This document shows, piece after piece, positions 9,886 through 20,141 of a stretch of DNA of 64,000 bases. Each line of letters opens with the position of its first letter. Position 1 is the stretch's first letter. Under the pieces are notes generated by a model. That model was not told where the DNA came from. It was given only the letters and a program-made list of their open reading frames with translations, and ran no database searches. The DNA comes from Bacteroidota bacterium (GTDB lineage: Bacteria > Bacteroidota > Bacteroidia > Cytophagales > UBA9547), in NCBI GenBank assembly GCA_033763735.1, contig JANRJY010000026.1, positions 101,343-165,342 of the forward strand, given 5' to 3'. The position numbers and the translations under genes are program-made.

Positions 9886-10449
9886 ATGTTAAATGACAAA
9901 AGCTTAAATACTGAACAAAGCGAAGAATTAATTGAAATTTTAAAAAATCGGTTTAAAAAGAATCCAAACCGTCATAAAGCAATTGATTGGCTAAACGTGT
10001 TTGAAAATCTAAACAAAAATTCAGAAAAACTATGGTCGTTGTACCAAATGGAAATAACAGGAGGCGAGCCGGATGTTGTTGGTTATAATCAAAGTACCAA
10101 TGAATTCATTTTTTATGATTGCTCTTTGGAAAGTCCTAAAGGCAGAAGAAGCTTGTGTTATGATCGGGAAGCATTAGACTCTCGAAAAGAATTCAAACCA
10201 AAAGATAGCGTTGTAAATATGACAAATGCAATGGGAATAGAACTAATGACTGAAGAAGACTATCGAATGCTTCAAAAATTTGGAAATTTTGACACCAAAA
10301 CATCCAGTTGGTTAAAAACGCCATCAGATATTAGAGCCCTTGGAGGTGCAATATTTGGTGATTTCAGATTTGGACGTATATTCATTTATCACAACGGTGC
10401 CGAATCTTATTATGCAGCCAGAGGATTTAGAGGTGTGTTAAGTGTATGA
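9886..10449 (+). CDS. DUF4256-like protein
   Basis: 187 aa. The N-terminal ...LKNRFKKNPNRHK...W and the EITGGEPDVVG segment match my recollection of DUF4256. Not verifiable here. Confidence 0.45.
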   Translation: MLNDKSLNTEQSEELIEILKNRFKKNPNRHKAIDWLNVFENLNKNSEKLWSLYQMEITGGEPDVVGYNQSTNEFIFYDCSLESPKGRRSLCYDREALDSRKEFKPKDSVVNMTNAMGIELMTEEDYRMLQKFGNFDTKTSSWLKTPSDIRALGGAIFGDFRFGRIFIYHNGAESYYAARGFRGVLSV

Positions 10450-10463
10450 TAATCTGTAATTTG

Positions 10464-11666
10464 CTAAGTTGATTTGACTTTCACTTTGCTCAAAAACATA
10501 GCATAAACTACCACATAACCTACACATATAGCCGGAATACTGTAACTAAGACGTACCCCAAAGTTATCAGCAATATATCCTTGAATTACCGGGAAAAATG
10601 CCCCACCGGCAATAGCCATACTCACCCAAGCTGCACCAAAACTACTAAAGTTACCCAAATTACGAATTGCTAATCCATATACGGTTGGGAACATAATTGA
10701 TAAAAATCCTCCAACACTAACCAATACCATTGGGATATAATCTGATTGCATTGTAATACAGATACTTAGTAATATTATCATTATAATCCCGAAAAGCGCC
10801 AATACACGATTAGCAGGAAAATATTTAATCAATCCTAAGCCAATGAACCCCATTACGGTTGATGCTACATTATAATAAGTCAAGTATAATGTTGCTTTTT
10901 CAATTGAAAAAGAGGCAATATTTTTATCCATAAGATAGTTCATAAAAAATGAGGCAGTACCCGCCTCAGCACCCAAGTAAAAAAACATAGCTATTACGCC
11001 AAAATACAAGTGAGGTATTTGCATCATTTTATTGAATTGTGCTTTGAAAGGTAAATTCTGAATCTCAATGGTGTGAGGATCAGGCAGCTTGAAAGTGAAA
11101 ATTAAAACAAGAATTATCATAAAAAACACCGAAAGCAAAAGATACGGTTTATCCAATCCACCAAAGTTTCCGGGAAGGAAAATTAAATAATTGGCAGCTA
11201 ATGGAGCTGCTGAATAACCAAGTCTTGAAAATACTTGTACTAAATTAGTTCGAAATTGTGCCAGATTTTCATTTCCAATAAGTGCAGTGTAAGGCATTGC
11301 TGCCGTATTCATTACAACGATTCCAAATGATAATAAAAAAAGTGATGCCAAAATGACCAAAAATGTGTGCTCGAAATTAAGTAATCCAAATGTTGCCGAA
11401 CCCAGAAAACAAAACAAAATGCCAATTTTAAGTGAAAATATATAACCAAACTTTGATACAATTTTTTCAATCAATAAGGGAAATGGAATATAAACTGCAT
11501 AAAAAATAAGCTGTATCATTGTCGTTTGAACAAAAGTCAATTGAAATTGCTCTTTTACAATAGGGAAAATGACATCATTCATGCAAAAAAGAGCCCCTAT
11601 TTGAAAAAATAATATGCAAAGTATAAAAATTGAAATGCTAACTTTTTTGTCGGACTTCATTGACAA
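10464..11666 (-). CDS. MFS sugar transporter (FucP / glucose-galactose transporter-like)
   Basis: 400 aa with about 12 TM helices. The N-terminal ...FCMNDVIFPIVKEQFQL...Q.IFY pattern resembles the FucP/GluP family. Confidence 0.65.
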   Translation of the reverse strand: MSMKSDKKVSISIFILCILFFQIGALFCMNDVIFPIVKEQFQLTFVQTTMIQLIFYAVYIPFPLLIEKIVSKFGYIFSLKIGILFCFLGSATFGLLNFEHTFLVILASLFLLSFGIVVMNTAAMPYTALIGNENLAQFRTNLVQVFSRLGYSAAPLAANYLIFLPGNFGGLDKPYLLLSVFFMIILVLIFTFKLPDPHTIEIQNLPFKAQFNKMMQIPHLYFGVIAMFFYLGAEAGTASFFMNYLMDKNIASFSIEKATLYLTYYNVASTVMGFIGLGLIKYFPANRVLALFGIIMIILLSICITMQSDYIPMVLVSVGGFLSIMFPTVYGLAIRNLGNFSSFGAAWVSMAIAGGAFFPVIQGYIADNFGVRLSYSIPAICVGYVVVYAMFLSKVKVKST

Positions 11667-11748
11667 TTTATTTTCTTCAAAGCTAACAAACTATTCGCAG
11701 CTTGTAAATACAAGAGGGACTTAGATTAGAAAAATTCTAATTTTAGTT

Positions 11749-11756
11749 TACATTTG
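11749..11756 (+). promoter_or_regulatory. Candidate Bacteroidota -7 box (TAcaTTTG) for the GH51-like gene
   Basis: Exact match to the TAnnTTTG consensus, 21 nt upstream of the ATG at 11777. A 7-3-7 palindrome (11725-11741) lies just upstream. Confidence 0.3.
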
Positions 11757-11776
11757 CTACATAATGTCTGAAAATA

Positions 11777-13411
11777 ATGCCTAATCGAACTTTTTATTTG
11801 TTTATCATTTTATTTGGGAAAGTACTTTTTTTAATGTCTCAACCAACAACATTGGTATTGAGTGATGAAGTTGTAGCCCAAATTGATGCAAGACTTTTCG
11901 GCCATTTCATCGAAAAGTGCAGTTGGGCAGATGAAATTGGCGGGGATTTACTTATTGATAGTACCACTCATAAACCCATCCCCAAAGCTGTGGAACTTAT
12001 TAAAGAAATGAATATTCCTATGCTTCGATATCCGGGAGGAACCGACTGGGACTATCATAATTGGCTTGAACTAATTGATAATGTACCCGGTAAGCATGTA
12101 AAAAGACCTGCATATTACACTAGAGATAATAAAACTAAGGTAAGTGATCATAGGCTGGGACTTAATGAATTTTTAAGCTTTTGTGAAGATCAAAACATCG
12201 AGCCCATTTTAGTGCTTAATGTAGGCGATCCATATTTCAATAAAATAAGTATTGACTCTTCAGTAAAACATGCCTTGGCTTTATATGAATATGTGAATGG
12301 AAATCCTCAACAACTGAATTCAAAACTTAATTATAATTGGGCTGCACTTCGACAATTCAATGGCAGAGCAAAACCCTTTAATGTAATGTATTTTGAAATT
12401 GGTAATGAACCTTGGGGATTTTCGAAAGAAATGACCATTGACAAAGCCAATAAAGATTCTCTTCTTCATTATATTAATTGTATTAAATCTATAGCTAAAG
12501 CCCTTAAATCAAGAGATTCAAATCTGAAAATATTGCTAGATGTAACTTTTAAGGATTTGAAAGATAGCAAATCTCAGTTTGGCAATTATGCTGATTTTTT
12601 AGTTTTTCATTCCTATGCCCCATGGGATATTTGTTACTATAATAATTCAGGAACAATTATCAAAAACCACAAAATGAAAGCTGAAGAAATTTGGAAAGCC
12701 TGGGTAACAACTCCTTTAATAGATCCGGAAACGGGTATGACATCATACAAAAATGAATGGATAGTGCAAATGCTTGAACAATCAGGATTGCCAATTGCAG
12801 TTACAGAATGGAATTGGAATGGTTGGCATCAGGATAAAGCAGCCTATAACGGCAACGTAGCCAAAGGGGTAGGTGCTGCCGGATATTTGCATGCATTCAT
12901 GCGCAAAGGAAACATATTCAAAATAGCTAACCAATCAATGCTTATAGGTAAACATTGGGGTATAAATTCAATAAGAGTAGATCAAAAAAAACCTTATAAC
13001 ATTTATATGTTTCCCTCAGGAATGGTTACTGCATTATATTCGAAATATCATGGTGATTTTCTTACTAATTCTGAGGTTAAAAACAATATTTATTATAGTC
13101 AACCCTTTGAAGCTCACAGTATAAAACCATCTCCTAAAGTAGCTTTATTTGATATTATTACTACTCAAAGTAAAAATAAAATATTTATCCATGTACTTTC
13201 AAGATCATTTAAAGAGACCATTCCTCTAAATATTGACGCCTCAAAAATAAAGTTTAATGGTAAAGGTGTAATGCACGAATTGGTACCTATCGACAATGAT
13301 GAATTGGTAAAAAAAGTAGACACTAATATATTATACTCCAATGCTAAGTCGTTCACTATCAAAATAAAACCTCGAACAGTTAATATCATCGAATTGGAGA
13401 CCAATGATTAA
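11777..13411 (+). CDS. Glycoside hydrolase, GH51 alpha-L-arabinofuranosidase-like
   Basis: Motifs LFGHFIE, RYPGGTDWDYHNW, acid/base-like FEIGNEPWG and nucleophile-like VTEWNWN all parallel GH51 signatures. Confidence 0.6.
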   Translation: MPNRTFYLFIILFGKVLFLMSQPTTLVLSDEVVAQIDARLFGHFIEKCSWADEIGGDLLIDSTTHKPIPKAVELIKEMNIPMLRYPGGTDWDYHNWLELIDNVPGKHVKRPAYYTRDNKTKVSDHRLGLNEFLSFCEDQNIEPILVLNVGDPYFNKISIDSSVKHALALYEYVNGNPQQLNSKLNYNWAALRQFNGRAKPFNVMYFEIGNEPWGFSKEMTIDKANKDSLLHYINCIKSIAKALKSRDSNLKILLDVTFKDLKDSKSQFGNYADFLVFHSYAPWDICYYNNSGTIIKNHKMKAEEIWKAWVTTPLIDPETGMTSYKNEWIVQMLEQSGLPIAVTEWNWNGWHQDKAAYNGNVAKGVGAAGYLHAFMRKGNIFKIANQSMLIGKHWGINSIRVDQKKPYNIYMFPSGMVTALYSKYHGDFLTNSEVKNNIYYSQPFEAHSIKPSPKVALFDIITTQSKNKIFIHVLSRSFKETIPLNIDASKIKFNGKGVMHELVPIDNDELVKKVDTNILYSNAKSFTIKIKPRTVNIIELETND

Positions 13412-14648
13412 AAAAAGTATTCTTTTTATATTTTTTATACAGATGGTTTATGCAAATCATTGGATACCCTCAGGCGAATTGCCAAGGATATTCCTTAATT
13501 GTGCTACCGGATGTGACGAGAGCTATATTAAGTTTGAGTTAAGCAGTTTTACATTTGCTCGCGACAGATTTGTTTCTGATATTGAAATTTACTTAGTAGC
13601 AAAGCAAAGTGGCAATGGAGGATCTTTACATCAAGTACAATTTATAGGTAGAAATAGGTACGAAGGCATATCAGATACAATCAATTACTTGGTCAATAGT
13701 TTTGATACCGAAGATAATAAACGCACCAAATTTCTGAAAGTAATAGAACTTGGTTTGCTAAAGTTTATTAATAAAGACGATTTGTTAAATCTGGTAAATA
13801 TCTCTTTAAATAAAGTGGACACCACTCGTAAGAAAGCAGCAAATGACGACAAGTGGAATTCCTTTATATTTAATATAGGTAGTGCAATAAAAGCAAATGG
13901 TGAGTCAAATTATCAAAACACAGAACTTTGGCAATGGACCGGAATTGACAGGGTTACCGAAAAAAGCGCATTGGGAATATGGACTGAATTTAATTTCAAA
14001 AATTCCGTAGTCAAAACAGGAGGGGAAACTTATTCAGCAACCACTTATGAAACTAAAGTAAGTAGCAAATATGTAAAGGCAATTAACCAACATTGGTCCT
14101 TTGGAGGCATGTATCGATTTAGAAATTCTGTTTTTTTAAATTTCAAGTCCCTTAATAGAGTTGCTCCGGTAATTGAGTATAATATTTTCCCCTATTCTGA
14201 AAGTTTGCGCAGGCAATTTCGATTTGCCTATCAATCAGGAGTTACACACTATGTTTACAATAAAGAAACGATTTTAAATCAAACTTCGGAGTTGCGTTTC
14301 TACCATAAGGTTAGTGCGCTCATCGATTATAATCAACCTTGGGGCACTATCCGAACAGGGGTGCATGCAAGCAGCTTTGTTCCGGTTATTCAGCAATACC
14401 GATTAACCGTTTCCAACAACATTGAATTAAAATTAATTAAAGGTCTTTACTTGGGATTTTTTGGAAGTGCATCCGTAATCAATGATCAAATATCCTTACC
14501 CAAACAAGAAGCTGATGTTGAAAATGCCTTACTTAAAGGACAACAACTACCAACTTCATTTGCCTACGATGGTTATTTTGAGCTCAACTACACATTTGGT
14601 TCATTGAATAACTCCATCGTAAATCAACGAATGGCAAATGTTGATTAA
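13404..14648 (+). CDS. Hypothetical secreted / outer-membrane protein (beta-rich C-terminal half)
   Basis: 414 aa with signal-like N-terminus. Overlaps the GH51-like gene by 8 nt. The C-terminal half has an alternating strand pattern. Family not recognised. Confidence 0.4.
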   Translation: MIKKSILFIFFIQMVYANHWIPSGELPRIFLNCATGCDESYIKFELSSFTFARDRFVSDIEIYLVAKQSGNGGSLHQVQFIGRNRYEGISDTINYLVNSFDTEDNKRTKFLKVIELGLLKFINKDDLLNLVNISLNKVDTTRKKAANDDKWNSFIFNIGSAIKANGESNYQNTELWQWTGIDRVTEKSALGIWTEFNFKNSVVKTGGETYSATTYETKVSSKYVKAINQHWSFGGMYRFRNSVFLNFKSLNRVAPVIEYNIFPYSESLRRQFRFAYQSGVTHYVYNKETILNQTSELRFYHKVSALIDYNQPWGTIRTGVHASSFVPVIQQYRLTVSNNIELKLIKGLYLGFFGSASVINDQISLPKQEADVENALLKGQQLPTSFAYDGYFELNYTFGSLNNSIVNQRMANVD

Positions 14649-14649
14649 C

Positions 14650-15933
14650 CTACCAATTGGTACTAAAAGGTACATTTTCAACTTTTATAAAACCTTGTTG
14701 TAAAGTGTTTTTGTTAAGATAATAAATGCTAACATTTGCAAAAGGAAATGCCATTTTTTTGCTGTCAAAATCCGATTTCAAAAAAATGTTTTGAATAGGG
14801 GCTTCAAAACTGAATAATCCGGTATTTGAAACTTGCAATTTTATCGAATCAACAATCAATTGATTTTGCTTTGAAGAAATGATTACTTTTTGAATTTCAA
14901 ATGGATATTTGAATTTGGAATACAGTCGAAGTTTAACTTTGGCTTTCGTTACGGAATTGGATTCACTTGATAGTGCTTCAATTTCAAATCCATTATCAAT
15001 ATTAATTTGTACTTTGTTGGCATTTGGGTCAATATTGAATGCAAATTGTGCGATCTCACCGGCAACATCATATGAAATTGATGCCGAAGCATTATCAGTA
15101 TATTTACACATATCACCTTTGTAACTCACTGTATACCTTTTATTTGTTGAGGAATACTTCAATTGTTCAGCACAATTGGATTTTAGTTGAGGCACCATAA
15201 ATGTGCTTAACTTTTTGTTATTAGAAGTCAATTCGAAAATAAAACTTCCCATATTATTTTGAACTTCCACAAGTCTGATATTTTTAATCAATCCATTGAC
15301 TTCTGTCAAAAGTTGATTGCACTTATCCCTCTGATCATTAACTGTTTGATTAATTATAAAATTCAAATCCTGTCGGGCTTTAGCAAAAGTTTCCAAGTAT
15401 GTAGCGGTATCACAAGCAGCACGAGCCAATTTCATTTGTTTGTCAATCTTTTCATTATTTTCGTCAAATTCTTGAATCAATTGATTTAGTGAGGCATTGC
15501 TAAACGGATATAGAATGTGATAGCCATATTTTTCTTTTTTTTCATTTTTGTCAAATACGCGTTCCCAATAATAATCCTTTGCTTTAGATAGACTAATCCC
15601 TTGTAAATAAGGAATGTTTGCGGATTGTGACATCAAACTAAATTTGAATTTTTCATCACTCCTACCATTTTGTTGGGTAATATTAATTTCTGTTTTGCTT
15701 TTAATATTGATTGCAACCGCATTGATGATTTGTTCTCTGATGTTTTGAAGACATTGTTTTTTTGCTTCTTCTATATCATTACCAGAACCATAAGTAATCA
15801 AAAAATTATTTTCGGCACCCCCAACCCATGCAGGTCGCTTACCGCTTTTTTCAATTACCTTATATTGCTTTGATCCAGAGCAGGAAAACAATAATATAAG
15901 GGCGATAATTAAAAGTATTTTCATAAGATTCAA
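14650..15933 (-). CDS. Hypothetical lipoprotein
   Basis: 427 aa with lipoprotein signal and lipobox (LILLFSCSG). No catalytic motifs recognised. Confidence 0.5.
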   Translation of the reverse strand: MNLMKILLIIALILLFSCSGSKQYKVIEKSGKRPAWVGGAENNFLITYGSGNDIEEAKKQCLQNIREQIINAVAINIKSKTEINITQQNGRSDEKFKFSLMSQSANIPYLQGISLSKAKDYYWERVFDKNEKKEKYGYHILYPFSNASLNQLIQEFDENNEKIDKQMKLARAACDTATYLETFAKARQDLNFIINQTVNDQRDKCNQLLTEVNGLIKNIRLVEVQNNMGSFIFELTSNNKKLSTFMVPQLKSNCAEQLKYSSTNKRYTVSYKGDMCKYTDNASASISYDVAGEIAQFAFNIDPNANKVQINIDNGFEIEALSSESNSVTKAKVKLRLYSKFKYPFEIQKVIISSKQNQLIVDSIKLQVSNTGLFSFEAPIQNIFLKSDFDSKKMAFPFANVSIYYLNKNTLQQGFIKVENVPFSTNW

Positions 15934-16048
15934 ATATAATAAATTTTAAAAATAGGTTTGCGAATTAAGTTTTTGTTAAGTAATGATTGTTTAACGAATA
16001 ATCCTTTATTTTAGCATCTTAATCCAATCCATTTACAATAAGATATTT

Positions 16049-17248
16049 ATGAGTAGAGTTTTAATTATAGGTGCAGGAGGTGTAGGTGCTGTAGTAGCAC
16101 ATAAGTGTGCACAAGCTTCAGATGTTTTTACTGAAATTTATTTGGCAAGTCGTACCAAATCAAAATGCGACAAAATAGCCGCAGATATAGGTGGAAACAA
16201 AGTTAAAACCGCACAAGTTGATGCCGACAATACCAAAGAACTGGTAGCACTTATAAAAGAAATTAAACCTAAAATGATTATCAATGTGGCACTTCCTTAT
16301 CAGGATTTGACTATTATGGATGCATGCCTCGAAACTGGTGTACATTATTTAGACACTGCCAATTATGAGCCTAAAGATGTCGCTAAATTTGAATACAAAT
16401 GGCAGTGGGCATACAAAGAAAAATTCAAAAATGCCGGATTAATGGCTGTATTAGGCTGTGGTTTTGACCCTGGGGTTACCAATATTTTTACAAAATATGC
16501 CTCCGTGCATCATTTTGACAGTATTGAATATTTAGACATAGTTGATTGTAATGCCGGCAGCCACGGAAAAGCTTTTGCAACTAATTTTAATCCTGAAATC
16601 AACATTAGAGAAATCACGCAAAAAGGTAAATATTGGGAAAATGGGAAATGGATTGAAATTGAACCTATGAGCATCCATCAGCCTGTAGATTACCCTCATA
16701 TCGGACCAAAAGAATCTTATTTACTTTTTCACGAGGAATTAGAATCATTGACAAAAAACTTTCCTTCGCTTAAAAGGGCTCGCTTTTGGATGACCTTCGG
16801 ACAAGCATATCTTACCCATTTGGAAGTATTGCAAAATGTAGGCATGACTCGAATAGATCCTGTAAAGTTTCAAGGAATTGACATTGTACCTCTTGAATTT
16901 TTGAAAGCAGTATTGCCTGACCCGGGAAGTTTGGGTGAAAATTATTCGGGTTGGACTTCTATAGGTTGCCAAATCAAAGGAACCAAAGATGGAAAACCTA
17001 AAACTTATTTTATTTACAATAATTGCGACCACGCAGCTTGTTATAAAGAAATTAAGGCCCAAGCAGTGTCATATACTACGGGAGTACCAGCCATGATTGG
17101 TGCAATGATGATGTTAACCGGTAAATGGCAAGGAACAGGTGTATTCAATGTGGAGGAATTCAACCCTGATCCATTTTTGGAAGTATTAGGCAAATATGGT
17201 TTGCCTTGGCATGAAGAGATTAATGGAAAATTGGCATTTGAGTATTAG
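16049..17248 (+). CDS. Saccharopine dehydrogenase family enzyme, probably carboxy(nor)spermidine dehydrogenase
   Basis: N-terminal VLIIGAGGVGAVVAHK NAD(P) fold. About 399 aa, and overall resemblance to Bacteroidota carboxynorspermidine synthase. Confidence 0.75.
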   Translation: MSRVLIIGAGGVGAVVAHKCAQASDVFTEIYLASRTKSKCDKIAADIGGNKVKTAQVDADNTKELVALIKEIKPKMIINVALPYQDLTIMDACLETGVHYLDTANYEPKDVAKFEYKWQWAYKEKFKNAGLMAVLGCGFDPGVTNIFTKYASVHHFDSIEYLDIVDCNAGSHGKAFATNFNPEINIREITQKGKYWENGKWIEIEPMSIHQPVDYPHIGPKESYLLFHEELESLTKNFPSLKRARFWMTFGQAYLTHLEVLQNVGMTRIDPVKFQGIDIVPLEFLKAVLPDPGSLGENYSGWTSIGCQIKGTKDGKPKTYFIYNNCDHAACYKEIKAQAVSYTTGVPAMIGAMMMLTGKWQGTGVFNVEEFNPDPFLEVLGKYGLPWHEEINGKLAFEY

Positions 17249-17314
17249 TAAAAGTTTAACCAAAACGATTTAAAAAAAGATTATTTTTGATCTCTTTCAA
17301 TTGCTTCTGAAATT

Positions 17315-18085
17315 TTAATGATTAGAATATATTCGGTTGGTAAGTGTCACAAATTCTTGCCAACTAAGTTCTTCCGCTCTTTGGTCAAATACCTTATCTT
17401 GAGTGAGTTCAGCAGGCAAATTCATCCCTTTGAATGCATTACGCATGGTTTTTCTTCGCATACTAAAAGCTTGCTTTACTACCTTACGAAACAACATTTC
17501 GTTACATCCGATGTCAGAATTTGCTTTGCGAGTGAGCCTTATTACCCCTGACTTGACTTTTGGTGGTGGGTCAAATACATGTTCAGAAACGGTAAAAAGA
17601 TATTCGGTTTCGTACCAAGCTTGAGTAAAAATAGTGAGTATGCCATATTCTTTACTTCTTGGCTTGCCACACATCCGTTCCGCCACTTCCTTCTGGAGCA
17701 TACAAACAACTTCTGCAACCAAATCCTTGTTATCCAATATCTTAAAAAATATTTGTGATGAAATATTATATGGAAAATTACCAATAATACCTATTGGACT
17801 TCTAAATAATTCATTGATTTTCAACTCTAAAAAGTCTCCGTCTATCAAATTAAGGTTGGGGTATTTAATTTTCAAGAACTTAATGGACTCCTTATCAATT
17901 TCAGTACAAACCAGGTTAATTTTTTCGCTTTTCACTAAAAAATCCGTTAACACACCGGTACCAGGCCCAATTTCAAGAACTGTTTTATACCCATTATGAT
18001 ATGTTAATCCATTTACAATATCTTCTGCAATTGTAAGGTCGCGAAGAAAATGTTGACCAAGGTGTTTTTTTGGGGTTACGTACAT
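17315..18085 (-). CDS. rsmA: 16S rRNA (adenine1518/1519-N6)-dimethyltransferase
   Basis: KKHLGQHFL, LEIGPGTGVLT and GNFPYNISSQI motifs. 256 aa. Confidence 0.9.
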   Translation of the reverse strand: MYVTPKKHLGQHFLRDLTIAEDIVNGLTYHNGYKTVLEIGPGTGVLTDFLVKSEKINLVCTEIDKESIKFLKIKYPNLNLIDGDFLELKINELFRSPIGIIGNFPYNISSQIFFKILDNKDLVAEVVCMLQKEVAERMCGKPRSKEYGILTIFTQAWYETEYLFTVSEHVFDPPPKVKSGVIRLTRKANSDIGCNEMLFRKVVKQAFSMRRKTMRNAFKGMNLPAELTQDKVFDQRAEELSWQEFVTLTNRIYSNH

Positions 18086-18088
18086 TAT

Positions 18089-18301
18089 TTAATTTGCAAA
18101 AACAATAAATTCATCAATATCTAATTCGGCTCTTTCTAAACCTTGAGAGATCTCAAAAAATGTTACTGTTTCTAATACCGATACGAAAATAATAATATTT
18201 CCTTTCCGCCAAATGCCATTTTCTATTGTAAAAGGCTCAAATTTAAAACCATTTTTTTCCAAAAAAGAAGTGTAAATTGCTAATGAATAAAACTCCTTCA
18301 T
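18089..18301 (-). CDS. Hypothetical small protein (70 aa)
   Basis: ORF packed 3 nt upstream of rsmA and 6 nt downstream of the 113-aa ORF. Only a weak LEKNGF resemblance to HicA-type proteins, and no catalytic His seen. Confidence 0.35.
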   Translation of the reverse strand: MKEFYSLAIYTSFLEKNGFKFEPFTIENGIWRKGNIIIFVSVLETVTFFEISQGLERAELDIDEFIVFAN

Positions 18302-18307
18302 TAGTTA

Positions 18308-18649
18308 TTATGCTGCAATTGGCAAAGCAAACTCTATTTTTTGCATATTAAATTTGCTGTAAAGAAACTCAACAGGAATGGTAACCGTTTCAGGTGGATT
18401 GAGATTTTTCCAACCTAAACGTTCAAGTTCACTTTGTAACGTTTGCTCATTTATTGATATTACCTCAAAATATTTCTTTAGAATATTTTTCATTTGAATC
18501 AATGCATCTTCTTCGGACAATATTGATTTCGAAGTAATTTTAAGTGAAGGGACAAAACCAATATAAAAATCATCTTTCTTATATACATTACAATTAATGA
18601 ATATATTTAGATAATTATTTTGTATTAATATTTGATCTCTCTTTTTCAT
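18308..18649 (-). CDS. Hypothetical small protein with HicB/UPF0150-like N-terminal pattern
   Basis: 113 aa. The segment DDFYIGFVPSLKITSKSILSEEDALIQMKNIL follows the strand-turn-helix pattern of HicB-fold proteins. Confidence 0.35.
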   Translation of the reverse strand: MKKRDQILIQNNYLNIFINCNVYKKDDFYIGFVPSLKITSKSILSEEDALIQMKNILKKYFEVISINEQTLQSELERLGWKNLNPPETVTIPVEFLYSKFNMQKIEFALPIAA

Positions 18650-18809
18650 TTTATCCAGAATGTGAATTATACAAAGTTAAATAAATAATATTTGAGAAAT
18701 TAGAGATATTTTATCCCTTGCTGATTGGTTCAAAAACTCAAACACATTTTAATTTTTACATAAAAATAAAATTTACAAAACTTCAAGGGTTTAGCTATTT
18801 TTGTGATAC

Positions 18810-20141
18810 ATGAATGCCTTAGAGCGACTGCTAACCAAGCATATTTTTAAACGAATTACCGGACGCGATGATTTACACTTGATATTTGCTAACATTGGAT
18901 GGCAGTCCTTTGACCAATTATTCAGAATGGGTGTTGGACTTTTGGTGGGTTTTAGAGTAACCAAATATTTAGGTCCGGAGCAAAATGGGATTTTTTATTT
19001 GGTTATCACCTTAAGTATGTTGATTGCCCCCATTGCTAACGCAGGCATAGATGCAATTCTATCAAGAGATCTGGCAAACAAAAATGAAAACAAGGGCAAA
19101 TTACTTGGTACTGCTTTAATAATGAAAATGTTGTATAGCATTGCCTCATATACAGCTTTAAGTATTTATGCCTATTTTTCATATGGAAATACCCCTTTGA
19201 TATTTACAGCAATTCTTATCGTTTCACTCAACCTATTTTCAAATAATATTATCCTGATTTTTGATCAATATTTTCAATCAATCATAAAATCGAAATATAC
19301 GGTATATGCAAAAACAACCGTTTTTGCCATTTTTGTTATTTTAAAGTTGTACTTTGTTTTTATACAAGCGCCTTTACTATGGTTTGTATCACTTTTTGTT
19401 CTTGAAAGTGTTGCATCTGCTATTGGAGTAGGTGTTTTATATTTGTTTCAAACTAATAGAACGAGCCATTGGAGCTTTGATATCGAAGTATTCAAATCAT
19501 ATTTTACAAATGGATATTTATTGATTTTTCAAGGTTTGTTATTAGGCATTCAAAGTTACATTGACCAAGTGATGTTGGCTGAGTTTATTAATTTTAAAGA
19601 ACTGGGATGGTATAGTGTAGCATACAGGTTTGTAACGGTATTTTCGTTTTTATCTATATCCATATGTGGTTCACTTACAACAACTTTGGCTCAGGCAAAA
19701 ATAAATTCTACAGAGTTGTTTCATAAAAAAATGCAAAACCTGTATCGAACTATGTTTTTATTGTTTGCCTTTATTTTTATACTAATAACAGCAAGTAATG
19801 GTATTATAATTGACATGTTTTTGGGCGAAAAATTCGAACCTTGCAAACATTTAATATTATTAATGGCAGGGCGATTGTTTTTTACACACTTTGGCTTGGC
19901 CCGCTCACAATATATCACCAATACCAATCAGTTTTCTTTTTTAATGATTACTACACTTACCGGAACTATTTCTTCAATTGCACTTAACTATGCTTTGATA
20001 CCAATACTGGGAGTCAATGGAGCAATTGTTTCTTTTTATGTATCGTACTTTATCTCTACTTTCGCAATTGATATTTTTCATCCAACGATGCGCACTAATT
20101 TACAGCTCATGGTTAATGGATGTATGTTTTGGAAAAAATGA
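18810..20141 (+). CDS. Polysaccharide/oligosaccharide flippase (Wzx-like, MOP superfamily)
   Basis: 443 aa with about 12 TM helices. Typical Wzx N-terminus. Followed by glycan-modifying genes. Confidence 0.7.
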   Translation: MNALERLLTKHIFKRITGRDDLHLIFANIGWQSFDQLFRMGVGLLVGFRVTKYLGPEQNGIFYLVITLSMLIAPIANAGIDAILSRDLANKNENKGKLLGTALIMKMLYSIASYTALSIYAYFSYGNTPLIFTAILIVSLNLFSNNIILIFDQYFQSIIKSKYTVYAKTTVFAIFVILKLYFVFIQAPLLWFVSLFVLESVASAIGVGVLYLFQTNRTSHWSFDIEVFKSYFTNGYLLIFQGLLLGIQSYIDQVMLAEFINFKELGWYSVAYRFVTVFSFLSISICGSLTTTLAQAKINSTELFHKKMQNLYRTMFLLFAFIFILITASNGIIIDMFLGEKFEPCKHLILLMAGRLFFTHFGLARSQYITNTNQFSFLMITTLTGTISSIALNYALIPILGVNGAIVSFYVSYFISTFAIDIFHPTMRTNLQLMVNGCMFWKK

